Positions 47,975 through 59,296 of a DNA stretch of 63,819 nucleotides are shown one piece after another. The stretch is from Chara braunii. Lineage: Eukaryota > Plantae > Charophyceae. The stretch lies in the NCBI GenBank assembly GCA_003427395.1, contig BFEA01000019.1, positions 1,047,431-1,111,249 on the forward strand, read 5' to 3'. The number at the start of each line of letters is the position of its first letter. Positions within the stretch are counted from its first letter, which is position 1. A model generated the notes under the pieces. That model worked only from the letters and a program-made list of their open reading frames with translations, had not been told where the DNA came from and ran no database searches. The translations under genes and the position numbers were made by a program.

Positions 47975-50603
47975 TGAGGGCGGTTGCTTCCGCTTCAGAT
48001 TGGACGTGGGATGAACCAATGTCTGCCTCAGACGCCCATCTTCTTTGCTCCTCCAGTGGTGTGGGTGCCATCGAGCTATGTCTTGAAGAGTTTCTTGACT
48101 GGGCTGATTGCGATCTTGCAGCCCATTGGGCTGCTTAGGAGTCAATCAAGAAGGTGGAGTGGAGGTTAACTTCCACCGGCAGATTCTGATCGAGTTCCAA
48201 CAACAGCAGTCCGGTGATGCCTGTGGTTACTGAGATGGTTTCTAGCTCTTGTCTATTCCTCTCCCTCACCCCATCCAACTGGAACCATCGAATTCCATTA
48301 GCTGCTAAGGCATCTGCTGTACCTGGATCAATTCTTGTATCCTGCATCGGAAAGTAAAATTTAAAAACCTTCTCTTCGATCGGGACTACAATATTGATCA
48401 CGAGTGACTTCGAGTTTATTATGATCGGGAAGGAGTCCCCATACAACGCTTTTGTATGAGTGATGATCTCCTTCGGGGTCGGGGATCTATCCGTGTCTGC
48501 AGAAGGGATGCCGGGATGGCCATCTGCCTGTGTACGGCCTAGGAAGATAGCTCTTGCGCTGGTAATCGAGCAGACTATTGGGACTACCTTCCTGATTAGA
48601 CTACCATTTTGTTCGCTTCTAATGGTATTGGCCGTGGTGGCTCTATCTTGTCTGTGAACTGAGGATCTTCTACCCCTCCTTGCGCCTGCTGAACTTCCTG
48701 TCGAAGAATAAGATCCGTCCGCCTGTAACGCTCCCTCCAGGATTCCTGGTAGTGCATCGCCTACCAACTCACTCCCCATTTGCACTTTCGATTCTCATGA
48801 TGTAGGCTTAGACGACGATTGACTCCTCTGCGGATTTCGACTCTGCCTCGAGTGTACTCTCTGGTCGTAGTAACCTTGTGCATTCTCTGGGTAGCCTTCG
48901 ATCTCTCGTTGCCCCTTGTAGGTACACTTTTCTGTGATCCAGGTGTAGTCTCGAAGGTCCATGGCTTTGTGCGGAATGCTCGCCTCTGGATGGAATGCTT
49001 GAGAGTTGCCGAGAACCTCCTCCTCCTCCTTGACTGAACTGAGGGGCACCAGAATCCGTGCCATATGCTTGATAGGGGGNNNNNNNNNNNNNNNNNNNNN
49101 NNNNNNNNNNNNNNNNNNNNNNNNNNNNNNNNNNNNNNNNNNNNNNNNNNNNNNNNNNNNNNNNNNNNNNNNNNNNNNNNNNNNNNNNNNNNNNNNNNNG
49201 GGGGGGGGGGGGGGGGGGCATAAACATTTCTAGAACCGTGGGGGAAATGGTTATGATTTGGTTGTTGAGCGGGGTAACAGTTATAATCATATTGCCCCTG
49301 ATAGTGCTCAGGTGTTACTTGCCACTGTGAGGGGGCTAGAGCTGCTAGATTAGACGATGACCATCAGTCTGGATTAGTCCAGCCTGGCATCAAGGAACGA
49401 TCCGGAGGAGGGGGAGGGGGGGGCAACCTGGGCCGCATACGACTGACTGTGGGGGGCCGGAGAGAAGGTGGGATTAGCTTGGATGTGCGGGTACTGGGCC
49501 AGGATACTCTGGTCCATGGCCTGTGCAGCATGACTGAGTTGCCACTCTGGCTGTGCTGACTCGTCCACCCCCTGTGACGGTCGAACTGCTTCCCGATCTC
49601 CAATAATGCCCGGGCCCCGCGAAGCCTGTGATGCTTGGGGAAATGCATCCGGCCTCACCTTAGTAGCCGCTGGGTGAACTGCTCCATCTCGTAGCTGAGA
49701 TTGATTGGCATCGCATTGCTGAGCTTGATTGGATATCCATTGCCTCCTAGGTCCTTTGTCCTGGCCCTGCCGAGGGCAGTTCTCCTATGTGTGAAAGTAC
49801 CATCGGCACTTTCTACACCAGTCAGAGTAGGGAGTAACTACTTCCACCTTCCACCATTCGCCCTTCGGAGAGTTAATGTTCAGAGTGTCTTCAATTCTGA
49901 AACGGGCCTGGCAATCCGTGTCGATCTTTACATTCATAAGCTTGGGCCATGATCTGTCCGCTTCCGACGCGTGCATCTGTTTCAGTCCCCCAATCAAGCC
50001 TTCTACCGCACTTGGTAAGTAATACATAACATCCAGAGGAACTCTGAGCGTAACAATTCAGAAGTTTGTTTCAGCATCACGAAGGCGGAGTTCCTTCAAC
50101 TCTGATTTGGTCATCCAAGGCTTGAAGGTCACAGGATAGTCTTTGCCCGCCAGATTCAGCGTGGAGGATTGTTTATGTATGAGCCAGGTGGCCACCTCGC
50201 TTGCCTTCGCCACGTAGGATACGACATTTGGACCTTCAAACTTAATACGCCCCCTCCTGATCCCCGCATTGAACAGTCGTCTAGCAAGCCATCCATCCTC
50301 AAAGGAACGGACCAGGTCTTCTTTCCCCCCCCATGTCAAGTTTCTCGCTTCATCTTGGAAGATGAAGATTATGGTCCTTCCTTTCAGCCATTTCTCTTTT
50401 ATGGCATCTAATGATTTGTTCACCCTGAATCTCCTCCCCCTCTCGTCTTCAACCACTTCTCACATGTTTGGTTCGACCGAAAACACTCCCTCATCATAAC
50501 ATTGTCCAATGGACTGTCTAACCCTCTCTTCCATATCCCAGAAATTCGTTGCAGGGGGCGAACTCCTCCCTCTGCTCGCTCCCTCTTCCTCCATTTCTGC
50601 CAT
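47967..50603 (-). pseudogene. LINE ORF1 (~880 codons span, with stops, frameshifts and a gap): N-terminal domain, CX2CX4HX4C knuckle, low-complexity linker, C-terminal globular domain
   Basis: MAEMEEEG...; WCRKCRWYFHT*ENC knuckle at ~49775-49820; final frame ends at TAA 47967, overlapping the ORF2 ATG (ATGCTTAA). Confidence 0.75.
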
Positions 50604-50946
50604 GTCTACTAACGCGCACTAATTAGTTAAGTCTAATTAGGTAAAACCACTCCCTGAGAGCTTTCACGACACGACTAACCTTCTCACCTTGAATGAGTAA
50701 ATTCTAGTAAATTCCAATTACCGACGAAGGCGCTGACCTATTGTTGCGGTAAGGGCTACTTCTCAGGGATAGGTGTTATCGACAAGCGGTGCTCACGATG
50801 CGTGAGTGAAACCATGCCCTTGTGCCCCGTCATCGATGGCGGGGTGAACGAGGAAGCATCGGCGCGGCGTACCTGAGAAAATCTTTGAGCGCGAAAACTC
50901 GGTAGCCGGCGGGCACCTGCGTGGAACGGAGCGCTAGAGTGCTAAC

Positions 50947-51899
50947 AACATAGGATTTGTGAAAACCTAACAAGATAAATTGTTAGGTTTGCACGAAATT
51001 TATTCAAGATTATGATAGTACGTTTTTCAGGTCTCCTCCAGAAATAAAATTCTACGTGAAGTGAAACATCCGCAAAAAAAAAAAGGATAATTATAATTTC
51101 AGAACTACTGGAGGTTGTGAGGAAAAAAACGGGTTTTTTCATAGAAAATCACGACCTGGTGAAGCACCGTAGGTTCAAGAACTGAAATACCCTGATTTTT
51201 TGTTATCCAAAAAAATTATGTTTATAGTCCTATAAGATGTGTAGCACGATGAATTTATTCGGGGGTTTTTCGAACGCGCAAACATATTCTCTTGTTCGTG
51301 AATACGTTCGCTTGAACATGGTTTCCCATACATGGGCGAATATATGATTTTTTATTGTTTGTTTTAATTTTTTTCCATATATTTTTATTTTAAAGTCGTG
51401 TTTGGCTAAGAATTTCAAGGTGTCTCCGAGGCAAAAGTTGTTTGTATTCTTATTTTAAATGACATATATTTTTTGATAAGGGTTTTATTGTTAAGTTCAA
51501 AAGTGATTTATGGTTGTATAAATTATTTTGCGCAGAGCTTGGCTTTTACCTAACTGCGGAAACTGACTTGTAGTCCTATAAATGAGTATTCACTAAAACA
51601 CGTTTTTTTTTACATCTTTCAAGTTTGCCTTGTCATCCTTAAAAATTACCCTGTTTGAACTCTGTTTTTTTGCCAATCTACTGAGAATGACTTATAGTCA
51701 TATGAAAACATTTTGCAAGGAAGAGTTTTCTTGCACATTTTGAGGAATGCTAGACTTTTTACTTGATTGCTTCCTTTATCACAAAACGATTAAAAACGCC
51801 CTGTTTTTGTGTAAAAAATATCAGTTTGACTTTTACTTTTTCATTCTATAAGAAATGTTAGGTTTTCTTCGATTGTGAGGTTTTCACGAATCCAATGTT
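50947..51899. mobile_element. AT-rich non-autonomous TIR element (~950 bp)
   Basis: AACATAGGATTTGTGAAAACCTAACAA / TTGTGAGGTTTTCACGAATCCAATGTT inverted termini with subterminal repeats. Confidence 0.8.
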
Positions 51900-52244
51900 T
51901 AACCCATCAATTCACGGCGCCCCCCCCCCCCCCCCCCCCAAAAAAAAACAAAACAAAAAACAATGTCTTACTTGCAGGGTTGAAGATTTCAACCAGAATA
52001 AGGAAAAAAAAAGAAAAAAAAAAAACAAAGACACTGTGGTAGCAACTAGTGAAGATTGACGGTCAGCATCTTTTAATCAAATGGGGTGGTACCTTGCGCC
52101 CGGTGACAGTGTGATGCCGGAACGGTGTGAAATCTGGAACTGACAAACGCCACGTACCACTTGCCAACTTTTCTCATTTTTGCCTGCCGATCTTTGGAAT
52201 CTATGTCCAGAAATGAAAATCGCACGCCGGTGTGTCCAGGTGCA

Positions 52245-52870
52245 AGGTCCCATTAGCAGTCGGATAGGAGTGTGGCCGATCCAGTGTGACATTGAGAGGC
52301 AGCGGACTGACAGGTTCATTACAAATTTCTAGGCTGAAAAAACATGAGAAAGGCAAAAGAAAAAAAAAGAAACAGAGACCTCCCATCGGAAATCGCGACA
52401 GAGTGCTTCCCAGCCATCAGATCACAAATGATCTGATGGTGGTGGTTGCAACAATAGTGAACAAAGTAAGCGCCACATTTTATGGAATCAACTCTACTTT
52501 TGTCAGCAGTGATCCTGACACCCTCCATATATATACTCCGTGATTGAAGGAGGGCTCCACCCAATGAGATAATTGCACAACAGCAAGTGAAATACTCAAA
52601 ATCTTCTATCCAGCGGGCCTATGGCCGACCTCACCCTGTTTCGGGGTTGGCGACACCCCCAACGGATTGAAAAGATTCTAGCGGGAAGTTTTCTTTGCAC
52701 AGGCATGCCCAGTGTTAAGGAGAGGAGGAGGGGAACAAAGATCTCCTTACTTTTTCAGGTAATACATGTAAACTACTGACCATGGGATCACGAGTACTGC
52801 ACGGCAGGATTTGGGTCACTCAACTGCCCCACAAACTCGTTTCTATCCTATCCCGTTGCTAGTGGGACCT
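52245..52870. mobile_element. Non-autonomous TIR element (AGGTCCCAYTAGCA family)
   Basis: AGGTCCCATTAGCAGTCGGATAGGA / TCCTATCCCGTTGCTAGTGGGACCT. Confidence 0.65.
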
Positions 52871-53038
52871 CGCCCCAGGGCATTGGAGGTAGAAGCCAGA
52901 TTTGAGAAAGATGCACCATGGAATCTGAAATTGCATCATTATGGCCCGCCTTTTCTTGACCTATTATTATCATTATCATTATTGTTATTATTATTGCTTT
53001 AGAGGGCAGGTCGGTGTAGAGGTTGGAAGCCAGACTAT

Positions 53039-53206
53039 GGGCGTCGTCGCCCGAGACACGAAACAAAAAACGAAACGAGTGCATCTTCCTATCGAAAATG
53101 GCCACGGTCATTGGTTTGCTATAAATAGTAACGAGTGTATTTTGCCACCTTTCGTGGGCAGATGCACTCGTCTCGTTTTCGTTTCGTGTGCTGTGCCGCA
53201 AGACCC
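53039..53206. mobile_element. MITE, second (inverted) copy of the 33346-33512 family; TSD TAT
   Basis: Colinear reverse complement of 33346-33512; TAT at 53036-53038 is restored on the right when the nested 53208-53791 element is removed. Confidence 0.8.
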
Positions 53207-53207
53207 T

Positions 53208-53791
53208 GGGCCTCGCCGCACCACCGTCGAATCGGTCCTTTTCTCGACGTTCGTCAGACTCGGTTCGACCGTTGCCGATTCGAAGCTTTCGCCGCACAGC
53301 ACCGTCGAACAGTGTGGTGTCGAATCTCGGACTGCACTTCGACAGTGCTGTGTGGCGACGGTGGGCGCCGACGAGTGAGTGCCTGGCGGGACAGCGGTTG
53401 TCCGTGTGGAGGGATCGGTACCGTTCCTGGGTCCATTCACCGCTTGGTACATGCGGAGATGGTCTGCAAACGGGAGGGGGAGGCCCAACACGTCCTTGTG
53501 GAGAGGGCGCGTTCCGATGGCCAATGTCGAAGCGCTTGCAGACAACAGACACAGCAACAAGCCACGACAAATCTGAGCGCCGTAGAATTCCGATGGGTTT
53601 TCGACGACCACCGGAAGTCCTGTCGAATGTTTGCCCACTGCAGGCGGGCGTTTTCGAGTGTGAACACACCACCGTCGAAAACCGAGTTCTGACAGGTGTC
53701 GAGCAATTTCTGACAGCCGTCGTTCCGACAGCCTGTGTGGCGGCGTTAAAATGTCGAAAACTCGATTTTCGGCGGTGGTGCGGCGAGGCCC
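53208..53791. mobile_element. PIF/Harbinger-like non-autonomous element, 584 bp, TSD CCT
   Basis: TIR GGGCCTCGCCGCACCACCG / CGGTGGTGCGGCGAGGCCC; CCT at 53205-53207 and 53792-53794; many internal GTCGA/TCGAC motifs. Confidence 0.85.
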
Positions 53792-53908
53792 CCTATGACA
53801 GTCACCTTCACTAGTCGGCCATGAGGATATCCAGACGGTCTACAGAGGGCCCCATTCCGTTTTTTTGTTTTTTTTTTGGCTGTTGTAGAGGACAGTCTCC
53901 TGGGGCAT

Positions 53909-54061
53909 GGTCCCACTAGCAAAGAGGATCGGATCGAATGCCTGAATCTGGACGTGTTTGTCGAGAGGTGCAGGAAATCGAGATTGAACTGCTTTTCTGC
54001 ATCTCTGCATAAACACGTCCACATTCAGGCATTCAATCCGATCCTCTTTGCTAATGGGACC
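53909..54061. mobile_element. MITE with ~50-bp TIRs (GGTCCCACTAGC family); related elements at 54205-54291 and ~54602-54734 (inverted)
   Basis: GGTCCCACTAGCAAAGAGGATCGGATCGAATGCCTGAATCTGGACGTGTTT / AAACACGTCCACATTCAGGCATTCAATCCGATCCTCTTTGCTAATGGGACC. Confidence 0.82.
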
Positions 54062-54331
54062 TCGGCCCTGGCAGATGGAGATTACCAGAAGCGCTCAGCC
54101 ACGGTTGTCCTGATAAGATGAGTCTACCTCTCGTCCCATCCTTGCGTCAATACTCCCAGCGCACCCCCTATCCCTACTATCCTACAGCAGAGTGACCAGC
54201 AACAAGGTCCCACTTGCGCAAATGAGAAGCTTTTGGCCGTTGATATTTGCTATCTACTGTCAGTATCTCTTAATTCGTGCAAGTGGGACCTAGCCCCAGC
54301 ACTCAGGACCGCCCAGCACCCTACCAGTATC

Positions 54332-54436
54332 GAGGGCAACTGGGACCCGTGTTGCTCCCCATGAATAGATTGGAGCTTTGTTCCCAAAAAAAGAAAAAAA
54401 AAAAAAGAAAAAAAAAAAAAAGAGGGCAACTGGGAC
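54332..54436 (+). mobile_element. Micro retro-insertion: short insert + poly(A) between 15-bp TSDs
   Basis: GAGGGCAACTGGGAC at 54332-54346 and 54422-54436, flanking a short unique sequence plus an A-tract. Confidence 0.75.
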
Positions 54437-57400
54437 TAAACAGTAGTGAGAGGCACCAAGGAGGGGCCCATTCCTTATGACACTCCCCCCCTCCTCTCAC
54501 TCCCTCCCGCCTCTCAATCTCATCATTTTACCCTGGCACACCTCTACTTACGTGTGGTGATGCACTGAATCGGTGCTGCTAGATTGTTTTTCTGACAACC
54601 AGGATCAGATCAATATGCCACTGAATATGGACGTGGTTTTGTGCAGAGATGCAGAAAAGCACATCCATCCGTCCCACCTCCCAACAGACACGTCCAGATT
54701 CAGGTGTTAAATCTGATCCTATTGTTAGTGGGACATGGCCCCAGATGCGCCTATAAGACCCAAAAGAGGATCTCACCACACGATTTAATTGAGGGCTTAC
54801 TCACACTACCACTCTTCCGCATGTATCTGACTGCAATTACGGCCAGACATGGATGTAACTGGCTGCATTTCCGTCCAGGAATAAGTAAAAAGGTTCTTTT
54901 TTTTTTTTTTTAAGAAAAAAACTTTAAGAAAGTATGCCTGTTTTCTGGGGGGGGGCGCAATTTTTGCGCAGTCACGAAAACAGTTTGAAAATGCATTTCG
55001 CGCATCCCTTGAACATAACGCACCCCAACCGGACCCTAAAGCTAGCTTATACATTCAACATTTTTAGCCTTTTGCCTAGACTGCATTTTGACACTAGAAC
55101 CATGACTGCGCCTTTTTTTTTCCCTCTCTTTTGTTTTGTTTTCTTTTCTTTGAGAAAACTACAGCGCAGTCAGGGTAACAGTTTGTAATTGCATTCGAAA
55201 CTGCGTTTTAGCAGTTTAGTCAGGGCCCCAGTTTCAATTGCAGTTTAGTCAGGGCCCTAGTTTGTAATTGCATTTGAAACTCGGGCTTGCTTTTTNNNNN
55301 NNNNNNNNNNNNNNNNNNNNNNNNNNNNNNNNNNNNNNNNNNNNNNNNNNNNNNNNNNNNNNNNNNNNNNNNNNNNNNNNNNNNNNNNNNNNNNNNNNNN
55401 NNNNNNNNNNNNNNNNNNNNNNNNNNNNNNNNNNNNNNNNNNNNNNNNNNNNNNNNNNNNNNNNNNNNNNNNNNNNNNNNNNNNNNNNNNNNNNNNNNNN
55501 NNNNNNNNNNNNNNNNNNNNNNNNNNNNNNNNNNNNNNNNNNNNNNNNNNNNNNNNNNNNNNNNNNNNNNNNNNNNNNNNNNNNNNNNNNNNNNNNNNNN
55601 NNNNNNNNNNNNNNNNNNNNNNNNNNNNNNNNNNNNNNNNNNNNNNNNNNNNNNNNNNNNNNNNNNNNNNNNNNNNNNNNNNNNNNNNNNNNNNNNNNNN
55701 NNNNNNNNNNNNNNNNNNNNNNNNNNNNNNNNNNNNNNNNNNNNNNNNNNNNNNNNNNNNNNNNNNNNNNNNNNNNNNNNNNNNNNNNNNNNNNNNNNNN
55801 NNNNNNNNNNNNNNNNNNNNNNNNNNNNNNNNNNNNNNNNNNNNNNNNNNNNNNNNNNNNNNNNNNNNNNNNNNNNNNNNNNNNNNNNNNNNNNNNNNNN
55901 NNNNNNNNNNNNNNNNNNNNNNNNNNNNNNNNNNNNNNNNNNNNNNNNNNNNNNNNNNNNNNNNNNNNNNNNNNNNNNNNNNNNNNNNNNNNNNNNNNNN
56001 NNNNNNNNNNNNNNNNNNNNNNNNNNNNNNNNNNNNNNNNNNNNNNNNNNNNNNNNNNNNNNNNNNNNNNNNNNNNNNNNNNNNNNNNNNNNNNNNNNNN
56101 NNNNNNNNNNNNNNNNNNNNNNNNNNNNNNNNNNNNNNNNNNNNNNNNNNNNNNNNNNNNNNNNNNNNNNNNNNNNNNNNNNNNNNNNNNNNNNNNNNNN
56201 NNNNNNNNNNNNNNNNNNNNNNNNNNNNNNNNTTTTTTTTTTTTTTTTTTTTTTTTTTTTTCTTAACAAGTCGCGACTTATATTATAAAAGTAATTGAAT
56301 GAGGCCGGGAATCCCTCAACATCTCAACCCGGTAGTGAAGCTTGTGCTGGAAACCGGGTCCAGCGTCCCATGATGGTCTGCAACTACAAAGAAAGTTAGC
56401 AACAGGCAACTGGAGCAAAAACTTCTAGGAATCCAGAATAAAGGGAGCAACATAGCCAAGAACTACTGAAGAATTCATGTTCCTGCTAATCTCTCTGGGA
56501 GCCTTACCCAGCTTCGCTTCAAGATCTTACAGAAAAGACACCAAGTACGGATCTGTAAACTCCAGGAAGTCTGAACCGCCAAGACGGGTTTCCCACCACG
56601 CACCCTTGGATCTTCAGTAACAATATCAATCAACGGACCAAGATCACTATGGATACAGTTCAAGTTTGCTTCCTACCCTATTTATGCTAACTACAAGCAA
56701 GGAGCGTTCCCACCACTGCCGGTAGCACTCACACTGCCTCCGTAGTGCCGCTACTTACACTGCCTCCGTTAACAGCACTCAAAAAGCAAAACACCAATAT
56801 CTTTATCTGATCCACAAGACCAAATCTACTGTTAAAGACCTGGGAGGCAAGTCGAAGTCATGTGCCAACTAGATCATCCCACCAACAAAATCCCTCTTCT
56901 CCATCAGGGCGACTCTCTCATTATGGCTTTCCAAACACCCTGTAAAGAGCCCGAGCTGCCATGACGGGTTTCCCACCACGCTCCCTTGGATCTTCATGGC
57001 ATATTGATCACAATGGGAACAACTCAAGTTTGCTCTTCACCGGTTCTCACTTACCACCTGACCAGTAGCGTTCCGACCGCCCCTTGTTGCACTCTCACTG
57101 CTCCAGGTGGTGCCGCTGCTAGTAGTTCCAAGAGTTTCCCTCAGAGTCACTCTAAAACTCCTAAACCTGCGTCCCTGTCTTAATAATATGGCTGCAGCTA
57201 TAAGCAGAGACGATATTATCTCTCAGGCCATGATGTACGTGAGTGGATGACAGAAATTGTGTTTTCCAGAATGTTGACGACCCAGGGAAGCTACCACGCT
57301 AAATGCAACAGTTACTATTTAGTTAAGTACCAACAAGTGAATCCTTCTACTTAGAAGCCAAGATTACCAGAGATATTCCAAGTTTCCCGACCTGCTTCTA

Positions 57401-57824
57401 GATTCAAAGCACTAAAGCCATGATGGATTCCAAGTTACACTGGGACATAACTAGATACTACGAATCATTTAAATCCATGTCGGAATCTAGCATATACAGG
57501 CACCCAGATAGCCAATTCAGAACCCAGACTCCAAGTAACTAACGTGAGAGCTAAGCGAAAAAAGAATCACATCAACTTGAAAGCACAGGACCGATGGATC
57601 TGGCCCATGGCTATGGCCAACGGTTCATCATGTACTAGTCTAACTCGATGACCAGGTACATGACAGGCGTTCCACTCTGACATTAACTACACACCTCAGA
57701 CACGTGCGATGCCTCTATATGCAAGAAGAGAGCCAGAGAAATCCCACTTCAGCGTGCCAGTGGACAACGAATCTAATCCTGTAACAGGACAGTGTGAAGA
57801 ACGGAAGAATCTGCATAACCTCCA

Positions 57825-57900
57825 AGAAGAGAGCAGCAGGACGGGCTTACACAGGGGCTTTCAAAAAAAAAAAGCAAAAAAAAAAAGCAGAGAGCAGCAG
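57825..57900 (+). mobile_element. Micro retro-insertion with poly(A) and ~15-bp TSD
   Basis: AGAAGAGAGCAGCAG / AGCAGAGAGCAGCAG flanking GACGGGCTTACACAGGGGCTTTC plus an A-tract. Confidence 0.65.
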
Positions 57901-59098
57901 AAGTCCTATTCCAGCATGCCAAAAATCACTGACTCTAACCTACGAGCAAAGTCAAATAAAGAGCACACAAATTTGAATATCCCACATTCATGAATACGCC
58001 CTACAGCTATGGAAAGATACGGAGCAGTGCAGAATATGAGTCGGATGCCATGGCTCTATATGCAAGAGGGGAGCAGGAGAGGTTTCACTTCAATGTGCCA
58101 GCAAACACTGAATCTATACTACGGACAGGATCACATAAAGAGCATGAGCAATTCTAATATCCCACATTCCTAAGTCTGCTCTACAGCTATGGAAAGATAC
58201 AGAGCAGCCCAACTATTTGTCCTTTCAAATTGATGATGTTGTCTTGTATTACCCTCGAGTAGACCACGTTGCTGAAGAGCCGATGTTGTGAAGTAAGCTT
58301 GCAGGGCTGCCCTTGAAGAAGACAGAGGCTAAAGCCGGAGCTGGTACTCGCACTCTTGGAACTACCGAAGCACTCTCACCACTGCTGCACGCTCTCCCAC
58401 TGCTCACAACAGCGCCGCCATGGATAGTTCTGCACAGAGCTTGCCTAGCCCCTCCGCTGTTTGGCAGATGAGTGAGCCGAGAATAACTTGAAGGCGATGT
58501 ACTTTTATCTAGTTCTCCCAAATGTACTGTGTGTGACGTCTGGTTGAATTGTTATCATGGTATGGTGGGTCAGGTCCGGGACTGCCAGGATGCCCGGGCG
58601 TAGGAGCACAAAGGCGCTCCCTAGCGCACTCAAGAGCTAGGTTACGCTCGGGCACTTTCCACCATAGCTCTCCCACACCTACGGTGCCTGGCAGGGTAAG
58701 CGCATCGCTAAGAGATTGGAGTCCATGGTTATGCGCTGGGCTTCACTCAACCGCTGGCAAACGATCGGGCGCCGCCACCGCCGCTATCGCCGACATACCG
58801 CTAACGCTCTCTTCGCGCGGTCCCCCCACTTCTTTTTCCATTGCCTAGCTTTTCCAAAGCAGGAGCACAACCTTTTTTTTGGGGGGGGCTGGTCCCACCA
58901 GCCATCTTGGTCCCGTAGCACTGCTCACCCCAAAACAGCAGCGTATGGTATATCGGTGTTTCCAGTTAGCCTGTGAAAGTTAGTGGTGGTATCTCTAACC
59001 TGATTGTTTCTTTGTTATTTACACTCAGGAATCGACCTCGTGATCTATTTATAGACAGTTAAGCGTGTGTACCATTTGTAGGCCAGATGGGCTGATTG

Positions 59099-59214
59099 AT
59101 TGAGGTGCTTTTTTTTTTTTTTTTTTTTTTTAATTGAAATTGAGGTGCTTTTGGAAAGCCAAGGAAGATGGTAAGTAAGTGCAAAACCGGAAAGGAAGAG
59201 TAGATGCGAGCTCC

Positions 59215-59245
<31 letters not shown>

Positions 59246-59296
59246 TTTTCAAGGAAAAGTCCAGGATGTTGTAGAGGCTAAATAGATGCGAGCTCC
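59099..59296 (-). mobile_element. Two adjacent micro retro-insertions (poly-T on +) with 13-14-bp TSDs
   Basis: ATTGAGGTGCTTT duplicated at ~59099 and ~59139; TAGATGCGAGCTCC at 59201-59214 and 59283-59296. Confidence 0.65.

Larger units (their letters stand above)
45766..50940 (-). mobile_element. L1-clade LINE, 5' end apparently intact, 3' part deleted within the RT
   Basis: ~340-bp leader, ORF1 (ATG at 50603) and ORF2 (ATG at 47974) with APE endonuclease and the start of RT; ends before the DxEKAYD motif. Confidence 0.92.

Noticed and set aside
52848-53814. Overlapping 145-274 aa ORFs on both strands
   Set aside because: They cross the boundaries of GC-rich nested MITEs; no transposase or other motif
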